NCBI GenBank assembly: GCA_022730455.1
Contig: DZDI01000002.1
Location: 1-59,029 of the forward strand
Reading direction: 5' to 3'
From: Phycisphaera mikurensis
Lineage (GTDB): Bacteria; Planctomycetota; Phycisphaerae; WQYP01
DNA length: 59,029 bases
A program made the position numbers and the translations under genes. Shown in pieces: positions 8,311 through 17,018 of this stretch (position 1 is its first letter; each line of letters starts with the position of its first letter). The notes under the pieces are model-generated. The model worked only from the letters and a program-made list of their open reading frames with translations. It ran no database searches and was not told the DNA's origin.

Positions 8311-8890
8311 AATGCGGTCGACTGGATGAGTCCCCGCGGGGCAAATCAAGTTGACATCGCGGTCACCGCGCTTGCCGCTTGCCCGGTTTTGGCCTCTGGC
8401 TCAAACATCGGGGAGCGGATGAGGGCTGCAGGCTGCAGATATGCAGCTCTCTCTTGGAGCGGGTTTGGCGGATGAGAGCTTGGCGGCCGCCAAGTCCCCA
8501 CCCCAAACCGGTGATCAATGGTAGCCGAAGTTGACGCACAGTAAAGTGCAGCACGGATTGCGATAGTCGGTTTCGGGAAAAGCGCAGGGAACCTAGGGTG
8601 AGCAAGCGTCAGTGTTTGCCAAGATAATTCGCGTATAAAGCACTGATGTACACCTGATCGGCCCATTTGAAGTTCGGCCTGCGCCACTTGAGTGTGGCGT
8701 CCTCCAAGGTCCTGCAAGGTAAGGTTTGTCCATTCCGCAGTGAGGCGGAGCGTTCCTACGGTGGCCGGTGCGATGGCGAACATCGTATCATGCCAGGAAT
8801 TGTCGCTGGCAGGCTTTTTTGATGGATATGTTTCCATTGGCCTGTCAGCGGGTTTTTAGGTTGAGTCCTTTTGATAATTAGGAGTCCCAA

Positions 8891-9610
8891 ATGAAAATGA
8901 CAATGGTAGTTCTCTTGGCGGGTGCAGCTCTGGCTGCCGCCCCGTGCTTGGTTCAGGCGTCACCGCAGTTGACGCTGACCGTCGGGTCAAACACTCCCTC
9001 AACGTTCCCCTCCGGTGGGTCGTTCAGCGTCCAAAATGCCAGCAGCAATGGCGTAACGGTGAGTATCTCCGGTGCGTCGAACATTGCATCGACGTCGGCT
9101 ACCAACAACAACATCAACGCCAACTCGATCGACATCGAGAACACCACCGGGCTGACGAAGACATTGGCCATCGACATCCTAGACAATGGCTTTACCGCCA
9201 ATGGCTCCCTGCCCAACGAACTGTACAATGCGCAGGAAAGCTTTGGTGGTGAAATTGCGGCCGGATCGGCTTCGTTTGTTTTCACCACAACCGCCACTTC
9301 GTTAACCAATTCGTCGTCAGCCCAGGTGGTTTATTCGTCCGGTAGTTATACCACTTCTAGTACTCCTTTTGCCGTGCCGGCCCAGACGTCGGGCGATACC
9401 CTTATCCTGTCACCTGGCGATCTGTTCTCGATTGACTCGAATATGGTCGTCACGCTGGCGGCGAATTCAACGGTATCGCTGGATATTCTCAATGACAACA
9501 CCATTTCGACGGTAGTACCAACGGGTAACGTGGTGCCGGAACCGGCGGCTGCTGGATTGGCAATGGTAGGTTTGCTACCGATGTTCTTCCTGCGTCGTCG
9601 TCGGGCCTGA
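8891..9610 (+). CDS. PEP-CTERM sorting domain-containing secreted protein
   Basis: Signal peptide MKMTMVVLLAGAALAAAPCLVQA, a Ser/Thr/Asn-rich body, and the C-terminal VPEPAAAGLAMVGLLPMFFLRRRRA. AGGAG RBS upstream. Confidence 0.85.
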   Translation: MKMTMVVLLAGAALAAAPCLVQASPQLTLTVGSNTPSTFPSGGSFSVQNASSNGVTVSISGASNIASTSATNNNINANSIDIENTTGLTKTLAIDILDNGFTANGSLPNELYNAQESFGGEIAAGSASFVFTTTATSLTNSSSAQVVYSSGSYTTSSTPFAVPAQTSGDTLILSPGDLFSIDSNMVVTLAANSTVSLDILNDNTISTVVPTGNVVPEPAAAGLAMVGLLPMFFLRRRRA

Positions 9611-9706
9611 AGATAGATCAATGTTGACAGGGTGGATTGTTTCTGCCCCGTCGCAATTAAATGTGGTTTAATTTTTGACAGAGTTATTTTTATGCGAGGA
9701 ATACAA

Positions 9707-10480
9707 ATGAAAGTTCAATTAGCAGCCATTGCGGCCGTTGGTATGTTTGCTCCCGTTGCGTTCGCAATACCAACGTACCCCTCTCTTCCGGCTACGAAGT
9801 CCGTTGGGTTCTACTACTTCCAAGGGCCGAGCTCGAGCGCTGATTCAGTCACGAGCGGAACAACTTCCGCGAGTATAAGCGGCCCCTTGACTTTTGCCAG
9901 CGGAAGCTACGGCAGCCTGACCGTCGCAAGCGGCAACGTGTACGTGAATAGCGGCTCCAGTGTGAATTACCAGCTTGGCGGAACCAATAACTTGGTTAAC
10001 ACAGGCTCGGGTATTGCCACCATCAATTTTTTCGTTACCGCTACCAACTTTACCACTCCCCCCGTAGGTCCATACGGGACGATTTTGGTCAATCCGCTGT
10101 CCGCAAGCTTGTCCTTTGCGAAACCTGGCAATGGCGGCAGCCTGACCTTTACGCAGTTCGCCGACCCATCGGCTACGGCCTTTGGCATGACGGCTCCCAG
10201 CAGTACGACCACCCTTTCTCTTACCGCGGCATCGACGGTATCCACTGTGTCGGGAACCACAGGTGCGATCACCTTTGCACCCAGTGCCAGCTATCCGTCG
10301 CAACCCTTCTCCGTATCGGAAGAATTCACGGTTAAACTTGATCCGGGTTCTACGGCCACGCTGACCTTCCTGAACAGCATGGTGCCGGGTAACCGTCCCG
10401 TCCCCGAGCCGGCATCAATCGGCTTGTTCGGTGTAGCCGGTGCGGGCGCCCTGTTACTGGGCCGCCGCCGCAAGGCCTGA
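9707..10480 (+). CDS. PEP-CTERM sorting domain-containing secreted protein
   Basis: Signal peptide MKVQLAAIAAVGMFAPVAFA from the ATG at 9707 (GAGGA RBS) and the C-terminal VPEPASIGLFGVAGAGALLLGRRRKA. Confidence 0.85.
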   Translation: MKVQLAAIAAVGMFAPVAFAIPTYPSLPATKSVGFYYFQGPSSSADSVTSGTTSASISGPLTFASGSYGSLTVASGNVYVNSGSSVNYQLGGTNNLVNTGSGIATINFFVTATNFTTPPVGPYGTILVNPLSASLSFAKPGNGGSLTFTQFADPSATAFGMTAPSSTTTLSLTAASTVSTVSGTTGAITFAPSASYPSQPFSVSEEFTVKLDPGSTATLTFLNSMVPGNRPVPEPASIGLFGVAGAGALLLGRRRKA

Positions 10481-10528
10481 TTTGGCTAAGCCGCAGCCTG
10501 CTTTGTGAGGCAATAGCATGTTTATGAG

Positions 10529-10562
10529 CCCGGTTGAAGTTAAATTCAACCGGGTTTTTTTT
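10529..10562 (+). terminator. Rho-independent terminator
   Basis: A 10-bp stem CCCGGTTGAA / TTCAACCGGG with a 6-nt loop, followed by a run of 8 T, ~50 nt after the stop at 10480. Confidence 0.8.
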
Positions 10563-10624
10563 ACCCAGACAGATTCCTACCTCGGCATCGACGCATCCTT
10601 CCGCATGTTGGTAATTGCCCACCC

Positions 10625-10654
10625 GGCTAAGCCGCGGCCTTGCGCCCGCGCGTT
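10625..10654 (+). repeat. Family B repeat copy 2
   Basis: GGCTAAGCCGCGGCCTTGCGCCCGCGCGTT, matching 5287-5323. Confidence 0.7.
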
Positions 10655-10675
10655 GATGCATGATGCGTGCCCATG

Positions 10676-10744
10676 GTAGCGCAGGCGTCTCGCGTGCTTA
10701 GGATGCAGACAAGATGTCTGCGTTGCGGGGCGTCTCGCGTGTGG
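10676..10744 (+). repeat. Family A repeat copy 1 (GTAGCGCAGGCGTCTCGC.TGCTTAGG.TGCAGACA.GATGTCT)
   Basis: The first ~47 nt are almost identical to 22220-22266. It contains GCAGGCG/CGC.TGC and GCAGACA/TGTCTGC hairpins. Confidence 0.75.
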
Positions 10745-10751
10745 ATGATCG

Positions 10752-10788
10752 CCCCCACCCCTTTAGCCGCGGGCATTGTTCCCGCGTG
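10752..10788 (+). repeat. Family B repeat copy 3
   Basis: CCCCCACCCCTTTAGCCGCGGGCATTGTTCCCGCGTG. It shares the CCACCCCTTTAGCCGCGGGC prefix with copy 1. Confidence 0.7.
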
Positions 10789-10911
10789 AACCGCCGCAAA
10801 CCGTGAACGCATTCCCGCATTTGCATATTTTGCAACTTTGCACCATAATGCGGGGCTTTACCGGCACCATGAGGATTTGGCGGTCGGGTGTCCGCAGAGA
10901 TGAGGAATATC

Positions 10912-11229
10912 ATGGCATACGCAATATTTGAAGACAGTGGAACCCAGTTCAAAGTTCAACCGGGTGATACCCTGAAGATTGATCTTCGTGATGTCCCGGA
11001 CAACACGACCAGCATCAACTTTGATAAAGTATTATTGGTGTCGAACGACACTGGTGTACACATCGGCGAGCCGGTGCTCAGCGGTGCCACTGTGTCGGCC
11101 GATATCATCGGTCAAGTGAAAGCTGATAAGATTTACGTCGAACGCTTTACACGCCGCAAAGGGTTTCATCGCCGTGTAGGACACCGTCAGAAATATATCG
11201 CCGTCAAAGTCACTGCCATCAACGTCTAA
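10912..11229 (+). CDS. rplU: 50S ribosomal protein L21
   Basis: MAYAIFEDSGTQFKVQPGD...YVERFTRRKGFHRRVGHRQKY is a classic bL21 sequence. GAGGA RBS before the ATG at 10912. Confidence 0.93.
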   Translation: MAYAIFEDSGTQFKVQPGDTLKIDLRDVPDNTTSINFDKVLLVSNDTGVHIGEPVLSGATVSADIIGQVKADKIYVERFTRRKGFHRRVGHRQKYIAVKVTAINV

Positions 11230-11267
11230 GAGTCTGTCCAAGTAATAGCAAGCCTGCGACGGCACGG
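11230..11267 (+). repeat. Family D repeat copy 2
   Basis: GAGTCTGTCCAAGTAATAGCAAGCCTGCGACGGCACGG, directly after the rplU stop. Confidence 0.7.
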
Positions 11268-11287
11268 ATTTTGGCGGGCATCAAGAA

Positions 11288-11335
11288 GCGGCTTCCTCGG
11301 CGTATCGGGCGAAGATGATACGCCGAGGAAGCCGC
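11288..11335. repeat. Perfect 19-bp inverted repeat (possible bidirectional terminator)
   Basis: GCGGCTTCCTCGGCGTATC, a 10-nt loop, then GATACGCCGAGGAAGCCGC. It lies between the convergent rplU and peptidase genes. No clear U tract on either side. Confidence 0.5.
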
Positions 11336-11448
11336 GCCGCAGCGGCCATACACCTGATCGCGATTGTGGTGAGTGCCGTGGGCACCGTGGCCCGTGTCAC
11401 GCCGGAATATCGTCAGACCGCCATTTTCAGATATGCATTGGATAGTGA

Positions 11449-11498
11449 TATAAAAAGCGCGCGGCGGCTGCAGTGTGCTTCTGGCCCACTGCAGCCGC
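11449..11498 (-). terminator. Probable terminator of the peptidase gene
   Basis: A 12-bp stem GCGGCTGCAGTG / CACTGCAGCCGC (11464-11498), ~22 nt past the stop at 11520. On the minus strand a TTTTTAT run follows a few nt later. Confidence 0.55.
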
Positions 11499-11519
11499 TC
11501 GGGCGTTGTACCCCAATTA

Positions 11520-13139
11520 TCAGGGTTGCCGTAAGCGCAACCCACGCTTGCTCATCAATCCCAACATTCCCACCGCCATCAGACCAAGTGCGGTCGGTTC
11601 GGGCGTGCTGCTTGCCGGATCTTTTATCGACCATGCCAGTGCGTAGGTTTCGCTGGCCGATACAAAAGTGCCGCCGAGTTTCATGACGGCCAGATCGTAG
11701 GTGCCGGGTGTGAGGTCATTAAGTGCGAGTATTTGCAGATTGTCGGTGGTATTTACGCTTTGGCCGACGATCTGTCCGGAGGAATTCAGCAGATAAAGGT
11801 TCAATTGATTCATGGTGTATTGGGCCATCGGGAGGTTCCACACAAGGGTGGCTGTGAGGTCGTAGCTGTTGTTACCGATCTGCGGCATGGAGAAATCGTA
11901 ATGGTCAACGGCCGCCTGCGCAGCGCTGCTGGTGATGGTGGCGAGATTCCATCCTATCAATGATTTTTCGATGGCGGCTTTATTCAGTTGAAACTGCACG
12001 GTAGATGCGTTGGCCTGGGTGGTAGTGGTGGATGCCGCGTGCTCTCCGCCGGCGAGATTCTGATACGAGTTATACGCGTTTACGACGCCTGCTCCGTAGA
12101 CCGGGTTCAGCGGGCTGCCCGTCGCCGTACTGGATGTATTAGACCATCCGGCTGGCTTGACAGCGCCATTGAGCAGCAGGGCTTTAATGACGCGCATGTT
12201 CGTGGCCGCGGCAGCGGTGCCTGACCCGCCAACTTCCTGGCGTGCGGCCTGCACCAGATCGGTGGCCACGCCCGATACCAGCGGCGCGGTAAAGCTGGTC
12301 GCATAGCCTGGCGCGGTGATGTCGGCTCCGGTGACGTTGGGCAGTCCCAAGGCGCCGACCGAGATTCCATTGGGTGCGGTGGCCGGCGGGTTGACATAGC
12401 TGGCGGGTGTGGTTGCGGTGGTGGTGCCATCCCCGGCCGCGGAAACGAAAATGGTGTTATAAGAGTCGGCGTAGTCGTCGTAGCCGAGGTTGTATTCATC
12501 GATGCTGCTGGCGTCAGAACCTTCCCAAATGAAGCTCTGATTCACCACCGCGGGGGACGCATAGGTGGGTACGCCGCTGGGTGAGCCAGCGGGGGTAGAG
12601 CCCAGCGGCGCGTAGTCATTGGCGACGGGGTTGTAATAATAATAATCTGCTTCGTACACATCAACGGCGGAGACGCCGGGGGAAACGCCGGAGCCGGTAT
12701 TTCCATAAAAGAGGCTGGCCACATATTCGGCGTGACTGGAATATTGTCCACTGCTGAACGTCGTCGATGGCGTGGTGTAGGCGTAGTAGGCAAATTTGGA
12801 CGCCGGCTGATTGAGCTTGGTGGGATTGGGTTCAAACACGCTTAAGTTGGCATAAGGCTGGCCGGGTGGATCGTAGTAGCCATCGGGCGCTTCGATCTGG
12901 GCGACGGTGACGCCGGCGCCATCGATGGATGGATTGATCTGCTGGAGGGCTGCGACCCCAATTTGTGTCAGCGTGGGATTGGTGGTGACAGCGGCGCTGG
13001 CGCCGCCGGTAAGCGGCACAATCGCCGCCAAGGCAGCGGCGGTCAATGCTGCGTTCCGTAACGAGCGCATCGTCACCGTCGCCACTGAAGTTCCATCAGT
13101 GCGTGACCGGTTACCGGTTTGGTTTTTCGTGGCAGGCAT
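11520..13139 (-). CDS. S8 (subtilisin-like) serine peptidase with PEP-CTERM anchor
   Basis: S8-like motifs SSHAEYVAS (His), FVSAAGDG (Asn box region) and ATSFTAPLVSGVA (Ser). The C-terminus is TPEPTALGLMAVGMLGLMSKRGLRLRQP. The start is uncertain (13139, 13070 or 13223). Confidence 0.7.
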   Translation of the reverse strand: MPATKNQTGNRSRTDGTSVATVTMRSLRNAALTAAALAAIVPLTGGASAAVTTNPTLTQIGVAALQQINPSIDGAGVTVAQIEAPDGYYDPPGQPYANLSVFEPNPTKLNQPASKFAYYAYTTPSTTFSSGQYSSHAEYVASLFYGNTGSGVSPGVSAVDVYEADYYYYNPVANDYAPLGSTPAGSPSGVPTYASPAVVNQSFIWEGSDASSIDEYNLGYDDYADSYNTIFVSAAGDGTTTATTPASYVNPPATAPNGISVGALGLPNVTGADITAPGYATSFTAPLVSGVATDLVQAARQEVGGSGTAAAATNMRVIKALLLNGAVKPAGWSNTSSTATGSPLNPVYGAGVVNAYNSYQNLAGGEHAASTTTTQANASTVQFQLNKAAIEKSLIGWNLATITSSAAQAAVDHYDFSMPQIGNNSYDLTATLVWNLPMAQYTMNQLNLYLLNSSGQIVGQSVNTTDNLQILALNDLTPGTYDLAVMKLGGTFVSASETYALAWSIKDPASSTPEPTALGLMAVGMLGLMSKRGLRLRQP

Positions 13140-13462
13140 GGGCAGGCTCCTAAATAACTTGACGAGTCGCATGAAACAACCCGTCGGTAAGTCCAACAGA
13201 ACAGTGAATCGGCATTCATCCACAAAAGGGAAAGTAAAATTGGGGCAAACTTCGTGTCCGCGCGTTATGAGCCTTAGCCCGGTGCGCCATCAATAATGCG
13301 GCCGGTATGTGTGGTCATAGCGGCGATTGGTGAATGTTTTTATCGGTCAGGATGCCGCGGCGGTTATACGCTGACGATCAGGGGCCTGTGGTCAAATATT
13401 AAATCTGGCGGGAGTACATATAAAAGCAGGTGCAGAACCGCAGAGGGGCGACGAGCCGTGCT

Positions 13463-14785
13463 TCAATTGCCCCAGATGCGCTCTGAGCTGCGGCGTAAAT
13501 CGGGCCGCATTTTATCCGCGGTCGGCGGTATCCCGGGCGGCTGCCTCAGCGCTGCTTCCGAAGTATCTCCCAGCCCCATAATTAAATACCGCAGAGCATC
13601 CATCGCATGATCCGCCTTTTGTATAGGCCCATGCCCGTCGGCCTGATACCGATATTGTGCCGCCTCCTCCACCAGATGGCGGCAGCATGACAGGGTAAAA
13701 AGAGAACGCTGCATCAGCCGCGATTCCACGGATGCAATGCCCGCCTCAACGCCGTGAACCGGTACGCCTCGCACGGGCAGTTGCCGGCGACGCAGCCAGT
13801 CCACCGATTCCGGCCGAGAGCGATCGGCAAACATCACCTCAATGTTCCATCGGTGTAACAATTCTTCTAGGCGTTTGGCCAATGCATCAATATCCATGCG
13901 GCTTTCGTAGAGTTCATCCACAATCCAAATTCGATTGGAACTATCCAGAACGCCTACGACCACGGCGGTTGGTTCGTACCAGCCCCAGTCGATGCCGGCG
14001 GCTGCGTAAACAGGATCACCGTTCAAGTGCTGGCAGATGCAGTGGGAAAACCCTTCATACACCAATCCTTCCGCCGCCGACCACTGGCCATCGAGCAGCC
14101 GCTGCCGCCGTGCACCGCTCAAACGCCGCAGTGTCGCCAGGTAGGCTTCGCCCGCAGGGGTCCATTTTGAGATGGAGTGGTTAAACCACTGCGGATTATC
14201 GGTATGGCGGCTCTCCAGCCAATGCATCAAACCACTTTGTGCCCGCCGGTACAGCCAATGCGCCGGATACGCCGGATTGCAATCGGCGATGGCCTGCTGG
14301 TAGGGCATCACGCCGTTGCGCAGGCGAGTTAATAATTTCTCCCAGTCCTCCAGGGTAAGTTCGGTCGCTTCACAGGCTGCAATCAGATCATATTCACTGG
14401 ACATAATTCGGTCTGCGTTATCCAGACCGCCCAGCACCAGTTCAGATCCATTGCCCAGCATGTAATTGCTGCGATAGCCTCGGCTGGCGTCGCCGATCAT
14501 CGCGTGTCCGTCAGGTATCACCTTTTCTTCCAGCGTTACCAATGCACTTTGGGTGAGACTGGCGCGGGTTTTACGCACCAGCAGCGCCCGCATGGCAGGA
14601 TATTTTTGCATGCATAAAAACAGCTTCTCCAATATGGCTCGCGTTTTGCCGGTGCCCGCCGGGCCGACCAGCAATATCTCGGCACTGCGATCGCTCAGGA
14701 CGGTCAAAGCGGCACCAAAGGGTTGATACGGCTTGTGCCGCGGATCCATCCGGTGCGGTGCGGGTTTACACGTTTTCGACATCAA
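13463..14785 (-). CDS. terL: Phage terminase large subunit
   Basis: Walker A LLVGPAGTGKT, the ATPase coupling region, and a C-terminal RNaseH-like nuclease half (GIDWGW...VVVGV...ADHAMDALRY). 440 aa. Confidence 0.85.
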   Translation of the reverse strand: MMSKTCKPAPHRMDPRHKPYQPFGAALTVLSDRSAEILLVGPAGTGKTRAILEKLFLCMQKYPAMRALLVRKTRASLTQSALVTLEEKVIPDGHAMIGDASRGYRSNYMLGNGSELVLGGLDNADRIMSSEYDLIAACEATELTLEDWEKLLTRLRNGVMPYQQAIADCNPAYPAHWLYRRAQSGLMHWLESRHTDNPQWFNHSISKWTPAGEAYLATLRRLSGARRQRLLDGQWSAAEGLVYEGFSHCICQHLNGDPVYAAAGIDWGWYEPTAVVVGVLDSSNRIWIVDELYESRMDIDALAKRLEELLHRWNIEVMFADRSRPESVDWLRRRQLPVRGVPVHGVEAGIASVESRLMQRSLFTLSCCRHLVEEAAQYRYQADGHGPIQKADHAMDALRYLIMGLGDTSEAALRQPPGIPPTADKMRPDLRRSSERIWGN

Positions 14786-15116
14786 ATTGCACGTAAGTTT
14801 TAATATTTTTATCCGGCGTATGACTGATCGGGTCGTCGGTCTGATGGAGATATTGCCGGCCCAACCACATCAATAAACGCGCATCGCCATCTTCTTCGCA
14901 CGCCGACTGCAATTGCTTGCTGCGTAGCGCAATACGCAAATTGGCCCGTCCCCGTCGGATGGCCGCACCAAAACGCGCATGGAGCACTTTCCAGCGTATG
15001 CCCAGCGCGCCGGCAATTTCGCCGTTGGTTGCCCCGGACCGTGCCAGGGCGTATACCCGATTGGCGTCGATCAATTCTCCCTGCCAGTCAGCGAGAGGTT
15101 TTGTCGGCCGCATCAT
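14766..15116 (-). CDS. Terminase small subunit-like HTH protein
   Basis: 116 aa with an HTH-like segment SGATNGEIAGALGIRWKVLH. It overlaps terL by 20 nt, the usual TerS position. Confidence 0.5.
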   Translation of the reverse strand: MMRPTKPLADWQGELIDANRVYALARSGATNGEIAGALGIRWKVLHARFGAAIRRGRANLRIALRSKQLQSACEEDGDARLLMWLGRQYLHQTDDPISHTPDKNIKTYVQFDVENV

Positions 15117-16242
15117 TCACCTTTGCCTTGCCCGTATATACAAATGAAACCGTTCGTCGAAGGTGACCGCTGGTTTTTAACCCCGCCGCGCCCGTGCTGT
15201 AGGCAACGGCCACGCGCCGCCATAAGGCACTGTTTTCCAGACTACGAATCATGCCCGGATGGCTGGTGACCAGACTTAATCGGCGGCAGCGGCGCACCTC
15301 TATACCCGCCACGACATCGCGAAAACGTGATCCAATGCTGATGCCCTGATAATCCGGCAGCACCACAATCCGCGAAAATCGTAAATAGCCCGCAAAGCCG
15401 ATACAGCCAGCCACCGCTGCAAAGCCCACCGGATGCCCATCGTGAAGCAGCGTCCAGCAGCGGCACCCTGCCGGCAAACTATGACTTAAATAATGATGAC
15501 GGCTGAACATGGCCCATAACGATACGCCGCATTGCCGGACTTCAAACCGCAATTCCGGTCGACAAAGACGCCCCCGTGTCTGCCGAGTGGACGCATCATG
15601 CCCGGTACATGTATCCACGGCCGGTGCGCCGTTCGCTTGCCCAAAACGCTCAAGGCCGCCGGTCGACATGTCCAAAATCCAGTCGGGGTCCAGCCATGGC
15701 AAAATGTCATAGTGGCAGGACACCGCGACCAATCGTATTCCAGTCTTTCGCCGAATCGCCTTGGCCAACGCTGCGGAACATACCTGCGCCACTTGGCGGT
15801 CTACTACACTGGTAAATTCATCCACCACTGCCACGGGTAGGTTTGCCAGCAGCAGCCTTGCCATCTGGGCCCGAAACTGTTCGCCATTGGATAGGACGTG
15901 AAATGGTCGCAGCCATGCTGGCGGACTTGATAAGCCCACACTCACCAGTGTCTGGGTAACAGCCCGTATATCCGGTTCTTCAAAGCCGTCAATCATTGCG
16001 CGTTTCTCGGGCCAGGTAAAATGCGGCATTGTGCCATAAGCCGCTCTGGCCAGCGTGGTTTTTCCGCTGCCTGATGGGCCGACGATCACGCCGATCTGCC
16101 AGTCATCCTGCAGCGACGGGACATCGGCACCCACTGCTACGCGCGTTGCCTTTGCCGCCGGCAAATCAAACATTCCCTGTACCTGCCTGCTGCGAAAGGT
16201 GTCTTCAATTGTGCAGTCGTTTACAACGTCAACACGCGGCAT
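15088..16242 (-). CDS. ABC-type ATPase fused to a GNAT acetyltransferase-like domain
   Basis: Walker A GPSGSGKTT, ABC signature LSNGEQ and Walker B VAVVDEF. The C-terminal VVLPDYQGISIGSRF resembles GNAT motif A. Confidence 0.65.
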   Translation of the reverse strand: MPRVDVVNDCTIEDTFRSRQVQGMFDLPAAKATRVAVGADVPSLQDDWQIGVIVGPSGSGKTTLARAAYGTMPHFTWPEKRAMIDGFEEPDIRAVTQTLVSVGLSSPPAWLRPFHVLSNGEQFRAQMARLLLANLPVAVVDEFTSVVDRQVAQVCSAALAKAIRRKTGIRLVAVSCHYDILPWLDPDWILDMSTGGLERFGQANGAPAVDTCTGHDASTRQTRGRLCRPELRFEVRQCGVSLWAMFSRHHYLSHSLPAGCRCWTLLHDGHPVGFAAVAGCIGFAGYLRFSRIVVLPDYQGISIGSRFRDVVAGIEVRRCRRLSLVTSHPGMIRSLENSALWRRVAVAYSTGAAGLKTSGHLRRTVSFVYTGKAKVNDAADKTSR

Positions 16243-16769
16243 GATCGCCCCTCCGTGGTGAGTCGCTCATAGAGTTCCTGCTGATCCGCCTGATCGCGGC
16301 AGGTGACGGCAATTTCATAACTCTCGGGCAACGGTGATACAGGTTCGTCGCATGACGGTAGCGAAAATTCGGCGAGCTTTTCAATATCTTTGCCGGTAAA
16401 CCCGGCAGCCGCCGCAAGACGCGCATCCAACCCGCCGAGTTGCCGGATCAGCGCATCATGATCCCACGCCGCCAATTCGGCTGTGCGGTTATCGGCAATC
16501 GCATAAGCAATGGCATCGGCACCGACCAACTCCGTACGCACGACGCCGATGTGGGTCCAGCCCAGGGCCTTGGCGGCTTCAAATGTGCCGTTACCCGCGC
16601 GTATCACATTCTGCCCGTCGATCACTATCGGCTTTTGCTGGCCAAACCGCTGCAGGCTCTGTTTGATCGCGGCCATATTCTTTTCATCGTGCCGCCGCAC
16701 ATTGGCCGGGTCGCACACCAAATCTGCCATCGCCACCATTTGTAATTGCATCGCTTTTGGTTGATTCAT
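16221..16769 (-). CDS. ParB N-terminal (ParB/Srx nuclease-like) domain protein
   Basis: LVCDPANVRRHDEKNMAAIKQSLQRFGQQKPIVID...IRAGNGTFEAAKALGW matches the ParB-like nuclease domain layout. Confidence 0.8.
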   Translation of the reverse strand: MNQPKAMQLQMVAMADLVCDPANVRRHDEKNMAAIKQSLQRFGQQKPIVIDGQNVIRAGNGTFEAAKALGWTHIGVVRTELVGADAIAYAIADNRTAELAAWDHDALIRQLGGLDARLAAAAGFTGKDIEKLAEFSLPSCDEPVSPLPESYEIAVTCRDQADQQELYERLTTEGRSCRVLTL

Positions 16770-16874
16770 GCAGAGGTTCTATGCTTTACAGGCTCGGATA
16801 ATTACGGGGGGAGGGGGTGTAAAGCGTGTTATGGCGTACCCGCCGTGCCGCCTAATTCGTAACCGCCCGTCATG

Positions 16875-16903
16875 TTTAGCCGCGTACTCTGTGCCCGCGC
16901 GTT
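16875..16903 (+). repeat. Family B repeat copy 4
   Basis: TTTAGCCGCGTACTCTGTGCCCGCGCGTT. Confidence 0.65.
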
Positions 16904-16930
16904 CCTGCATGGTGGCAATCGAATTGCGTC

Positions 16931-16973
16931 GTGACAGAGCACTAGTGCTCTGCTATTACGTGGACAGACTTTC
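16931..16973. repeat. Family C copy 1 (GTGACAGAGCACTAG, within the perfect palindrome CAGAGCACTAGTGCTCTG) fused to family D copy 3 (reverse orientation)
   Basis: The 15-mer recurs at 41436-41450 and 55324-55338. The adjacent CTGCTATTACGTGGACAGACTT is the reverse complement of the family D core. Confidence 0.7.
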
Positions 16974-17018
16974 AAGGCGCCTGGCATGCCATATGGTCGT
17001 GGATATGCCGGTCGCCGC

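Larger units (their letters stand above)
13463..16769 (-). mobile_element. Phage-derived DNA packaging module (ParB-like, ABC-GNAT, TerS-like, TerL) with no portal downstream
   Basis: Four overlapping co-directional ORFs. Downstream of terL is a cellular-type PEP-CTERM peptidase rather than a portal gene. Confidence 0.6.

Noticed and set aside
8331-8365. Hammerhead-ribozyme-like CTGGATGAG + hairpin + CAAA
   Set aside because: The core deviates from CUGAUGA...GAAA: there is an extra G and no GAAA. No stem I/III partners or cleavage-site triplet could be placed.
8346-8837. A 163-aa minus-strand ORF in the long gene-poor region
   Set aside because: It has no RBS and no recognisable domain. Its sequence is dominated by translated palindromes, and it lies opposite to a strong plus-strand promoter. 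I kept it only as an alternative explanation in the finding for 7921-8890.
7921-8890. RNase P RNA, tmRNA, SRP RNA or a group II intron in the gene-poor region
   Set aside because: I could not find the universally conserved cores on either strand: GAGGAAAGUCC for RNase P, a tRNA-like TPsiC/acceptor end for tmRNA, the SRP GGAA/AGCA motif, or the group II GUGYG start and domain V.
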